NCBI GenBank assembly: GCA_964611475.1
Contig: CAZTAB010000145.1
Location: forward strand, 1 to 35,145
DNA: 35,145 nt
Source: an uncultured Verrucomicrobiota bacterium
Lineage (GTDB): Bacteria > Verrucomicrobiota > Kiritimatiellia > SLOV01
Reading direction: 5' to 3'
Shown: positions 25,957-33,993 of the stretch, piece after piece
Numbering within the stretch: the stretch's first letter is position 1
How the letters are laid out: each line of letters starts with the position of its first letter
Position numbers and translations under genes: made by a program
The notes under the pieces: generated by a model
Database searches by the model: none
Told to the model about the DNA's origin: nothing
Seen by the model: the letters and a program-made list of their open reading frames with translations, nothing else

Positions 25957-26397
25957 ATGGGAGCAGAGGCAAAAGCGAAAGAATTGGGAATCGAGTTTCC
26001 GGACAACGCGGAGCCGGCCTACCTGAAGATGGCGACACGGGCGGGCAACCTGGTTTTCACATCCGGCCACGTATCGAAGATCAAGGGCAAGCTGGGTGAC
26101 GACCTGACCGTCGAGCAGGGCTACGAAGCCGCAAAAGAAGCCGTCATCTGGGTCCTGCAATCCGTGCACCAGGAAATGGGAACGCTGGACGGTCTGCGGG
26201 TGACGAAGCTACTGGGCATGGTCAACTCCACGCTCGATTTCACCGACCAGCATCTCGTGATCAACGGAGCGTCCGACCTGCTTCATCAGATCTTCGGCAC
26301 GGAAGACGCGGGCTGGCACGCGCGAAGCGCGGTCGGTTTCGTTCAGTTGCCTACGGGCGTGGCGGTCGAAATCGAGGGGATTTTCGAAATCGTCTAA
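25957..26397 (+). CDS. RidA/YjgF/UK114 family protein (reactive enamine/imine deaminase family)
   Basis: AAGGAGA SD 6 nt before ATG 25957. AKELGIEFPD...AGNLVFTSGHVS...ARSAVGFVQLPTGVAVEIEGIFEI is the typical RidA-family layout. Confidence 0.88.
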   Translation: MGAEAKAKELGIEFPDNAEPAYLKMATRAGNLVFTSGHVSKIKGKLGDDLTVEQGYEAAKEAVIWVLQSVHQEMGTLDGLRVTKLLGMVNSTLDFTDQHLVINGASDLLHQIFGTEDAGWHARSAVGFVQLPTGVAVEIEGIFEIV

Positions 26398-26407
26398 AGG
26401 TGAAAGG

Positions 26408-27523
26408 CTAGAGGAATTCCGCGGTACTGACGGGCTCCCCGCCGCGCTCCGCGGACGCCTCCGACGCCCAGATCACGGCTTCGGTCCGGCGCACGAGCGG
26501 CGCGTCCAAGCCCAGCAACGGGTCTTTCCGCCCCTCCCGGGCGTGGGTAATGAATTCCTGGATCGTCCGGCTGCACTGGTGTTTCCAGACGTCCCCGCTG
26601 TCAAGGTGATGCGTCGCGAAATCCGGATCTGGGCCGTACTCCCGGCCCCGGGGTTTCGAGGACCACATGACCCGGCTCTCGATCGGGTTGTAGGGATTGT
26701 AGTCGAACTGGCCCTGCGTCCCGATCACGGTATGCCGCGCATCGTATGCCTCGGCAAAATCGATGTTGCCCTGCACGACGCCCACAACACCATTTTCAAA
26801 ATCGATGAGCATGTCCTGCTGCGTGTGGTAATCGAACTCGCGCAGTTTCGCCGGCGAACTTCTGCACACGACCTGGGTCGGCGCAGCGTCCGCTTGGTAG
26901 ACGGTCATGGAAATCGCGTGGCAGATGCCCATGGGAATCGCGCCACCGCTCTTCTCCTTGCTGAGCTTCCAGACCTGCTCTGCCGAGTTCGAGACCTGAA
27001 TCGGGTGCCGGTACGTGAAGAAGGTGGAGGCAATCTCCCCCAGGGCCCCCTCACGGATCAGAGCCCGCAAATTCTCCTGCTCGTCATAGTGAGCCATGAT
27101 GTAGTCCACCTTGGTGGTGCGGTCCGACCTCGCGACGGCCTCCGACAGTTTCCTGGAATCGTCCGCGGTGGTGGCAAACGGCTTTTCCAGAAACAGGTGC
27201 TTTCCCGCCTCGAGCGCCTTGATGGCGAACCGGGCATGCAGACTGTTGGGGACCGCGACCACCACCGCGTCAACTTCCGGGTCCGCCACCAATTCGTCGT
27301 AGGATGTGAAGAGCCGGGCCGATTCCAGGCCCAGTTGCCTTTTCCGCTCCTCCATGGCATCCGAGTTCAGATCGCACAGGGCCGCAACCACCGCATCCGG
27401 ATTCCGGTTTGCGGTTCCGGATTCAGGCTCAAAACCACTTTCGCTGTATTCAACCCCCACCGACAAGGCGCCGGCCATCCAACCTGAAGCGCCAACGATT
27501 CCTACCCGCAGTTTTTCCGGCAT
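26408..27523 (-). CDS. Gfo/Idh/MocA family NAD(P)-dependent oxidoreductase
   Basis: AGGAG 6 nt before ATG 27523..27521. LRVGIVGASGWMAGAL Rossmann motif, then VVVAVPNSLHARFAIKALEAGKHLFLEKP (the EKP motif). The 40-aa upstream extension in the track is rejected. Confidence 0.9.
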   Translation of the reverse strand: MPEKLRVGIVGASGWMAGALSVGVEYSESGFEPESGTANRNPDAVVAALCDLNSDAMEERKRQLGLESARLFTSYDELVADPEVDAVVVAVPNSLHARFAIKALEAGKHLFLEKPFATTADDSRKLSEAVARSDRTTKVDYIMAHYDEQENLRALIREGALGEIASTFFTYRHPIQVSNSAEQVWKLSKEKSGGAIPMGICHAISMTVYQADAAPTQVVCRSSPAKLREFDYHTQQDMLIDFENGVVGVVQGNIDFAEAYDARHTVIGTQGQFDYNPYNPIESRVMWSSKPRGREYGPDPDFATHHLDSGDVWKHQCSRTIQEFITHAREGRKDPLLGLDAPLVRRTEAVIWASEASAERGGEPVSTAEFL

Positions 27524-27652
27524 GTCCAACTCCTGACTACCACCTGGCCCGTTGATTCCCGGCTCTGCCACATGGCGCGTGCAAAAGGGGCCAAAGGAGC
27601 CCGAGTCTGCCACAGGGCCTGACAGCAGCGCCACGAATTTCACAATCTATTC

Positions 27653-27682
27653 TTGATTCACGCCTAGGGTCACGCCGATATT
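27653..27682 (+). promoter_or_regulatory. Candidate sigma70-like promoter (TTGATT, 18 nt spacer, GATATT) that would give a leaderless or near-leaderless transcript for the ThDP-enzyme operon
   Basis: TTGATT at 27653-27658 and GATATT at 27677-27682. The GTG start at 27690 lies only 7 nt past the -10 element and has no SD. The match to consensus is partial. Confidence 0.25.
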
Positions 27683-27689
27683 CATCCAC

Positions 27690-29306
27690 GTGAACTCGAG
27701 CACTCTTACCGGCGGCGAAGCGGTCGTCGAAACATTACTCGCCTGCGGTATCGATACCGTCTTCGGCATTCCCGGAGGACACAGCCTGCCCGTCTATGAC
27801 GCCCTTTCGCGGCACGAACGGATTCGCCATGTTCTGGGGCGACATGAACAGGGGCTGGGCTTCATGGCAGACGGCTTTGCGCGTGCCTCGGGCAAAATCG
27901 CGGCCGTCAGCATCACCAGCGGGCCGGCAGTGGCAAACCTGACCTGCTCGCTGGGTCAGGCCACAACCGATACGGTCCCGATGCTGGTCGTGGCATCAAC
28001 CCCCCGCGCCAACCTGGTGGGGCGGAACCGGGGTGGCCTGCACGACCTGAACAACTCGCTGGACCTGGCCCGGCCGGTGAGCCGGTATGTCGCGCATTGC
28101 GAGTCCGTCTCGGAAATTCCAGGCGTTATCTCGGACATCGTGCAATCGCTCCGCTCGAGTCGTCCCGGCGGCGCATATGTCCAGATTCCCACCGATGTCC
28201 TGGCTTCAAGGGGAAAAGCGGAAATCCCGAGCCGGGTTGACACCTCTCCCCTCCCGGCGGATGACCGCGCGATCGAATCCGCCGCCGCCATTCTCCGGGA
28301 AGCGAAGCGTCCTCTCATCATTGCCGGAACCGGGGCCATGGTCTCGGGCGCAGGCCCCTCCATCCAAACCCTGGCCGAGAAGCTCGGCGCGGTCGTCAGC
28401 ACCACCGTGCTGGGACGCGGCGTGGTGGCCGGGGACCATCCAAACGTCATCTTCCCCGACGGCATCGTCCCCACGGAACTGGACGAGATCTATGCGAATG
28501 CGGATGTGGTTATGGCCGTCGGGACCATGCTGAGGCAGGAGGATACGGCCGACTTCTCCCTGCCGATCCGCGGGAAGCTGATTCACATCGACATCGACCC
28601 GGAGGAGTTCGGCCGCAGTTATCCGGCGGACCTGGCCGTGCACGCGGACGCGCGTTGCGCATGCGAGGCGGTGATCGGGCTCCTTGATGGCATCGAGCCG
28701 GCAACCGAGACCTGGGCGAAGGAGGCCAAGCAGAAACTGGCCGACCGAGTGGAAACCCGCCGGAAGGCCAACCCGAAGGACTTGTCGTTTATCGAAAACT
28801 TCAGAGAGGCGCTTCCCCGGGACACCATGTTGTTCGCCGACCGGTGCAACATCGGGTACTGGTGGTTCCGCTATTCCCCGGGCTATGAGCCCCGCACCTT
28901 TCACTACCCCTTGGGCTACGGCGGACTCGGCGGCGCGCTTCCGGAATCGCTGGGCGCGCGCATCGCCTGCCCCGATCGCCGGCTGATCTGCGTGCTGGGT
29001 GACGGGGGCATGCAGTTCACCATGCCCGAACTCATGGTGGCGGTTCAGGAAGATCTAAATGTGCCGATCGTGGTCAGCAACAACAACTGTTACGGGGCCA
29101 TCAAAGCGGGGATGACCCGGAACAAGTTCAACAGCGGCTTTGGCACAGCGATTCGCAATCCCGATTATGGGAAAATCGCCGATGCGTACGGGATCCCATA
29201 CTGTCGCACGGACGATCGCGCAGAGTTTCTCGAGCAGGTCCGCGGGGAAGTCGAACAGCAGCGGCTGATCCTGATGGAATTCGTCAACGACATTTCGGAT
29301 CCATAG
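27690..29306 (+). CDS. Thiamine diphosphate-dependent enzyme (acetolactate synthase / 2-hydroxyacyl-CoA lyase / IolD superfamily; subfamily unresolved)
   Basis: N-terminal Pyr domain GGEAVVETLLACGIDTVFGIPGG...GRHEQG (catalytic Glu). C-terminal ThDP motif GDGGMQFTMPEL...VVSNNNCYG. GTG is the only start compatible with the conserved N-terminus. Confidence 0.9.
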   Translation: MNSSTLTGGEAVVETLLACGIDTVFGIPGGHSLPVYDALSRHERIRHVLGRHEQGLGFMADGFARASGKIAAVSITSGPAVANLTCSLGQATTDTVPMLVVASTPRANLVGRNRGGLHDLNNSLDLARPVSRYVAHCESVSEIPGVISDIVQSLRSSRPGGAYVQIPTDVLASRGKAEIPSRVDTSPLPADDRAIESAAAILREAKRPLIIAGTGAMVSGAGPSIQTLAEKLGAVVSTTVLGRGVVAGDHPNVIFPDGIVPTELDEIYANADVVMAVGTMLRQEDTADFSLPIRGKLIHIDIDPEEFGRSYPADLAVHADARCACEAVIGLLDGIEPATETWAKEAKQKLADRVETRRKANPKDLSFIENFREALPRDTMLFADRCNIGYWWFRYSPGYEPRTFHYPLGYGGLGGALPESLGARIACPDRRLICVLGDGGMQFTMPELMVAVQEDLNVPIVVSNNNCYGAIKAGMTRNKFNSGFGTAIRNPDYGKIADAYGIPYCRTDDRAEFLEQVRGEVEQQRLILMEFVNDISDP

Positions 29307-30883
29307 TGCATCGCGCCCACAGCCTGCAAACCATCGTGGACTACCACGTCCGCACCAAGCATCACCTGGAGAAATACGCGGAACACCTCGGGTATTTCGA
29401 CTGGGAGACGCAGCCCGATCCCTTTCGAACCTTCGAAGGCGCAAGACGAATCTCACTCGATTTCCCGGAGGACCCGGACGACCCGCCATACGACGCGGTC
29501 TTCGATCCAACATCGGTTTCGCCGAAGCCGCTGAATCGAACCTCGGTCTCCCTCCTTTTCTACCACAGCCTTGCCCTGTCCGCGTGGAAGGAGCACCTCG
29601 ACCGCCGATGGTCTCTTCGGTGCAACCCATCCAGCGGCAACCTCCACCCGACGGAAGGATACCTCATTGCGCCGGCCGTCGAGGGGCTGACGACAAAAGC
29701 CGGGCTGTATCACTACGCGCCCTATCACCACGAACTCGAGGTCCGGGTGGAGTGGGACTCGAACATGGCAGAGGACTCCCTGTTCATCGGCCTGTCGACG
29801 ATCTATTGGCGGGAATCCTGGAAGTACGGAGCGCGTGCGTTCCGATACTGCCAGCATGACATGGGACATGCAATCGGAGCGGTCGTCATCGCCGCGGCTC
29901 TTCTTGGGTGGAAGGCGCGGCTGATTGCCGATACTCCGGATGAGGATCTCGCGAAGCTGCTGACAACCGGCGATCAGCGGGGACCGGAGGCAGAGCATGC
30001 GGAAAGCCTCATCCAGCTCACTCCCCATGATCGGGAGGCGAGGCAGCCCGCTTGGCCCGCGCCACCATCGAGACCGGCCGGCAAACCGAACCGGCTCAGC
30101 ACCGATCACCACGCCTGGCCCGTGATCGACGACGCGGGCGCCGCTACCGCTCGAACGACCCGCGCCGCACAGAGGGAAGAACCCTCGTCCCGACCCCCAA
30201 TCAGGGGCTACTCCGATTTACCCGCCGGGAACCTGATTCGGAAACGCCGAAGCGCGTATGAAATGGACGGGCGAACCTCACTGCCCCGGGACACGTTTTT
30301 TCGCCAGCTCAATGCGGTCATGCCCGGGCGACCACCGTTTTCCGCCCTCTGGTGGCATCCCCAGGTCCATCTCGCCCTTTTCGCGCACCGCGTGGATGGC
30401 CTTGCGCCCGGATGCTACCTGTTGCTGCGCGATGATGCCGATCGGACAGCCCTGGCATCGGCCTGCCGGGACGACTTCGCCTGGGAACCGGTCGACGGAG
30501 GCCCGGACGGCCTGTTCCTACTGGCGGAAGGCGATTTCCGGGAGAAGGCAAAGAAAGTGTCCTGTCATCAGGATATCGCCTCCGACAGCTGCTATGCGCT
30601 GGCGATGATTGCCCCCTTCAACAGCGCGCTGGAACACCACGGCCCCTGGTTCTACAAGAATCTCCATTGGGAAACGGGGCTCATTGGCCAGGTCCTGTAC
30701 CTGGAGGCCGAGGCCGCGGGCATTCGGTCTACAGGGATCGGCTGTTTTTTCGATGATGCCATGCACGAAGTTCTGGGCCTAGAGGGCCTCCAGTGGCAGA
30801 GCTTGTATCACTTCACGGTCGGCGCCCCGGTGGTGGACCTGCGGTTAAGGACCGCTCAGGCGTACGCACATATTGGGGCATGA
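29306..30883 (+). CDS. SagB-type / tandem nitroreductase-fold FMN oxidoreductase (two lobes, about 525 aa)
   Basis: GTG overlaps the upstream TAG by 1 nt. N-terminal DYHVRTKHH is the SagB-type Y-H-x-x-T-K-H motif. Two nitroreductase-like halves: RAFRYCQHDMGHAIGAVVIAAALLGW and YKNLHWETGLIGQVLYLEAEAAGIRSTGIGCFFDD...YHFTVGAP. Confidence 0.85.
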   Translation: MHRAHSLQTIVDYHVRTKHHLEKYAEHLGYFDWETQPDPFRTFEGARRISLDFPEDPDDPPYDAVFDPTSVSPKPLNRTSVSLLFYHSLALSAWKEHLDRRWSLRCNPSSGNLHPTEGYLIAPAVEGLTTKAGLYHYAPYHHELEVRVEWDSNMAEDSLFIGLSTIYWRESWKYGARAFRYCQHDMGHAIGAVVIAAALLGWKARLIADTPDEDLAKLLTTGDQRGPEAEHAESLIQLTPHDREARQPAWPAPPSRPAGKPNRLSTDHHAWPVIDDAGAATARTTRAAQREEPSSRPPIRGYSDLPAGNLIRKRRSAYEMDGRTSLPRDTFFRQLNAVMPGRPPFSALWWHPQVHLALFAHRVDGLAPGCYLLLRDDADRTALASACRDDFAWEPVDGGPDGLFLLAEGDFREKAKKVSCHQDIASDSCYALAMIAPFNSALEHHGPWFYKNLHWETGLIGQVLYLEAEAAGIRSTGIGCFFDDAMHEVLGLEGLQWQSLYHFTVGAPVVDLRLRTAQAYAHIGA

Positions 30884-31037
30884 GAGAAGTGGTGCAGGCT
30901 GCGGCAGAGGGTCAAAGGCGGAGAATGCGAGCATGCCTCCCCGCGGAATTACCGCAAGTTTGTACTTGCCTCCCGCGCCCAGAAATCGGAAACGGAATCT
31001 GGCCGGTGAAGAATTGATAAGCTCCAGGAGTTCGAAC

Positions 31038-32297
31038 ATGACAAGATCTTTTACGCCATACTCTTTCAAGAAGTCCCGCGCACTGCTTCGCGAAGCGGAA
31101 AAGTGGTTTGCAAATGGCGCCCAGGGAACCCGTCAGCCCACGTACAAGGATTTCCCAACCTACTTCGAACGGGCAAAGGGCTGCCGGATGTGGGACGTGG
31201 ACGGCAACGAATTCATCGATCTGCTCTGCAGCATCGGGCCGGTTCTCCTGGGGTACGCCTACAAGCCCGTCGACGACGACGTGATTCATATTCTGCGGAA
31301 CAGTTTTCAGTCTTCAACCAACCACCCCATCCAGATCGAGCTGGCCCGCAGACTGGTGGAAACCGTGCCGTCGGCCGAGCGCGTGCGTTTCCTGAAAACC
31401 GGCACGGAAGCCACCGTGGCCGCCGCTCGCCTGGCCCGGCAGATTACAGGACGGATGTGGGTGGCCCGTTGCGGCTATCACGGATGGGCCGATCTCTGGC
31501 GGTACGGCGAGAAGGGGGGAACGCAAAAGTCGGCATGGGAAGTCGTTCCTTCGTTCGACGGTTCCGCGGAGGACCTTGAACGGCTCATCCGGAAAACCCG
31601 CAAGAAGTTCGCCGCGATCATTCTCTGCCCGGCCGACACGAGGCCGTTCACCACTGAGAATTACCAGAACATCATCGACGTCGCGCACCGGCACGGAGCA
31701 CTGGTCATTTTCGACGAAGTCAAAACCGGCTTTCGCACCACGGTGGGCGGCGTGCAGAAACTGCTCGGCGTCACACCCGACCTGACCACCTTGTCGAAAG
31801 GAATGGGAAACGGATACCCAATCGCCGCGGTAGTAGGGAAAGAGGAGTATATGAAGCGGTGGGACGAGACGCCCACATCCGGCACTTTTTTCGTGGAGGC
31901 ATCCTCCCTTGCCGCGTCCAACGCGACACTGCGGATTCTGCAGGAAAAGCCAGTGGTAGAGACCCTGTGGAAGCGGGGACAACAGCTCATTGACGGACTC
32001 AACAGGATTTGCGAAGAGCACGGCATGGAAGAGCCCAAAGCCGTCCCCGATCCGACGCCTTCCATGCCGCGCTTTTCGTGGCACGTCCACGAGTTCAACC
32101 GCTGCGACCATCCGGCTCATCAGTACTTCTTTGGTCAATGCATGCGGTATGGACTCTTCTTCTGTCCCTGGCATGTCGCTTTCGTCAATTATTCACACGG
32201 GAAGCGCGACATTGATGAGGCGCTTGAAATCTGCGATTTCACCATGGGGAAAACCAAGAAAAACTGGCGGACGTCGAAGGCAGGGATGACAATTTAG
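31038..32297 (+). CDS. Class III (omega / GSA-aminomutase-like) PLP-dependent aminotransferase
   Basis: GGAG 8 nt before ATG 31038. MWDVDGNEFIDL, GTEATVAAARLAR, IFDEVKTGFR, and TLSKGMGNGYP (Schiff-base Lys). Confidence 0.9.
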   Translation: MTRSFTPYSFKKSRALLREAEKWFANGAQGTRQPTYKDFPTYFERAKGCRMWDVDGNEFIDLLCSIGPVLLGYAYKPVDDDVIHILRNSFQSSTNHPIQIELARRLVETVPSAERVRFLKTGTEATVAAARLARQITGRMWVARCGYHGWADLWRYGEKGGTQKSAWEVVPSFDGSAEDLERLIRKTRKKFAAIILCPADTRPFTTENYQNIIDVAHRHGALVIFDEVKTGFRTTVGGVQKLLGVTPDLTTLSKGMGNGYPIAAVVGKEEYMKRWDETPTSGTFFVEASSLAASNATLRILQEKPVVETLWKRGQQLIDGLNRICEEHGMEEPKAVPDPTPSMPRFSWHVHEFNRCDHPAHQYFFGQCMRYGLFFCPWHVAFVNYSHGKRDIDEALEICDFTMGKTKKNWRTSKAGMTI

Positions 32298-32307
32298 GGA
32301 GGACCTC

Positions 32308-33093
32308 ATGCACCTAGGACTCACTCAATACACGGCCTGTTCCGAAGGAACAAAGTTTGTTGAAAACGCCGCGCGGCTGGGAGTGGAGGGAGCGGAACCT
32401 TTTATCGGCTCTCCCGATGACAAACTCCTGAATCTTCCCACCGGCAAACTCCACGAACTCCGAAACAAGGCGATGGACCTCGGCGTGCGGATTCCATCCG
32501 CCTGTCTCGGCGCGTTCAACAACGATTCCAGCCTCGTGGAGTCTTCCGGAAAGGCCAAAGCAATTGCATTCATCGAAAAGTTCCTGGATTTCAGCCACGC
32601 CCTGGGCTCCGACCTCATGCTCCTGTGCAGCTACATCGAGTCACATCCCGATTCAGAGATCAAAAAAACCAACATGATCAACGTGGTGCAGGAAATCCTG
32701 CCCTACGCCGCCGACCTGGACGTGAGGATTGCGATCGAGTCTCCCCTTCCCGCGGACGAGTTAAAGGAAATGATCCAGACGATCGACTCCGAACAGGTCG
32801 GGGTCTACTTCGATACCGGAAACGCCGTGGCGAACGGGTACGACCCCGTCGAGGAAATCGAGACCCTGGACCAGGATATTTTTGCCGTCCACATCAAGGA
32901 CTGCCATTCACTCCAGCTTCTCGGGCTACACCTCGGAAACGGCGACGTGGACTTTCCTGGCAGCGTTGAGGCACTAAAGAAAATCGAGTACGATGACTGG
33001 TTGATGATCGAGACATCCGGCGACGACGAAGAGGCCGTAAAGGAAGACATTCAAAGACTCCGCGCATTTTGGAATGAGGCCGGGGAGGACTGA
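32308..33093 (+). CDS. Sugar phosphate isomerase/epimerase (xylose isomerase-like TIM barrel, AP_endonuc_2 fold)
   Basis: GGAGG 5 nt upstream of the ATG. 261 aa with the pattern IAIESP...VGVYFDTGN...AVHIKD...WLMIET, typical metal-ligand spacing for this fold. Confidence 0.9.
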   Translation: MHLGLTQYTACSEGTKFVENAARLGVEGAEPFIGSPDDKLLNLPTGKLHELRNKAMDLGVRIPSACLGAFNNDSSLVESSGKAKAIAFIEKFLDFSHALGSDLMLLCSYIESHPDSEIKKTNMINVVQEILPYAADLDVRIAIESPLPADELKEMIQTIDSEQVGVYFDTGNAVANGYDPVEEIETLDQDIFAVHIKDCHSLQLLGLHLGNGDVDFPGSVEALKKIEYDDWLMIETSGDDEEAVKEDIQRLRAFWNEAGED

Positions 33094-33100
33094 TGTCCGA

Positions 33101-33124
33101 CGCCTTTCGAATGCAGGAAAGGCG
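33101..33124 (+). promoter_or_regulatory. Perfect 8-bp intercistronic hairpin abutting the SD of PhyH5
   Basis: CGCCTTTC (33101-33108), loop GAATGCAG, then GAAAGGCG (33117-33124). GGAGAAG and ATG 33133 follow immediately. Confidence 0.3.
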
Positions 33125-33132
33125 GGAGAAGA

Positions 33133-33897
33133 ATGATCATTCGCGCCCAAGAGGTTCGGTCCCACGAAAGGGAACTGAAACGCGGATTTGAACACGATGG
33201 CTACATCTTCATCGAGGAGTTGTTGCATCCGGACCGCGCCGGGGAGCTCGCGGACACCGTCTTCGAGGTGGAGAGCCGATTGCTCAAGGATCCGGACGAG
33301 AAAGAGCACATCTTCGAAAAGGACGATGCGGGTACCATCGTGGCCGCCCGTTGCCTCCACAACCTGATCGAACAGCACCCCGCCTTTCGGGAATTGGCCA
33401 GGGAACCCGCGATCGTCGACCTCGCCGAGTTCGCACTCGGTTACGAGCCGTTGTACTACCGGGCGATTTCGACACTGAAGCGCCAGTCGGTCGGCTCGGC
33501 CTTTCCCTGGCACCAGGATTTCGCCTACTGGGGCGCAGGGCGCCCCGACATGATCGGGATTTGGATCGCACTTCACGACGCCACGATCGAGAACGGGTGC
33601 ATGGACATCATTCCGGGCTCCCACCAGTGGGGAATATTGCCCTGCGAGGAAAACGATCCCGGAAGGCCGATTCTCACCAGGGAGCAGGAGGCGCAGCGGA
33701 TCCCGGCGGAGGTAAAGGCGGGGGGCGCGCTGCTGTTTCATGCGCTCCTCGTGCACCGCTCCTCACCCAACCGCTCCAACAAGGAACGGTGTGCCGTAAT
33801 CTTCGAGTATACCGCCCGGGAATTCGACAATGGTCCCCATCATTTCGACCGACACTGCGGCTGGAATCCGAAAACAGACGAGATGGTGGCTTTGTAG
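33133..33897 (+). CDS. PhyH family Fe(II)/2-oxoglutarate oxygenase, paralog 5 (canonical triad)
   Basis: FEHDGYIFIEELL N-terminus, PWHQDFAYW (HxD), NGCMDIIPGSH, and LLVHRSSPNRS plus Arg. Confidence 0.9.
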   Translation: MIIRAQEVRSHERELKRGFEHDGYIFIEELLHPDRAGELADTVFEVESRLLKDPDEKEHIFEKDDAGTIVAARCLHNLIEQHPAFRELAREPAIVDLAEFALGYEPLYYRAISTLKRQSVGSAFPWHQDFAYWGAGRPDMIGIWIALHDATIENGCMDIIPGSHQWGILPCEENDPGRPILTREQEAQRIPAEVKAGGALLFHALLVHRSSPNRSNKERCAVIFEYTAREFDNGPHHFDRHCGWNPKTDEMVAL

Positions 33898-33993
33898 GTC
33901 CCGCCTCCGGGCTCCTGCATGAGCTCAAACTCCGAACGTAAAGGCCCTTGGCAAGAATTGGCATCGGGGGGATACGGAGTGCAGCGTGGGCGG

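Noticed and set aside
29306-30883. The SagB-type dehydrogenase as a marker of a thiazole/oxazole RiPP (TOMM) cluster.
   Set aside because: No YcaO cyclodehydratase, E1-like partner, precursor-peptide ORF, protease or ABC exporter is present in the window. The neighbours are primary-metabolism-type enzymes.
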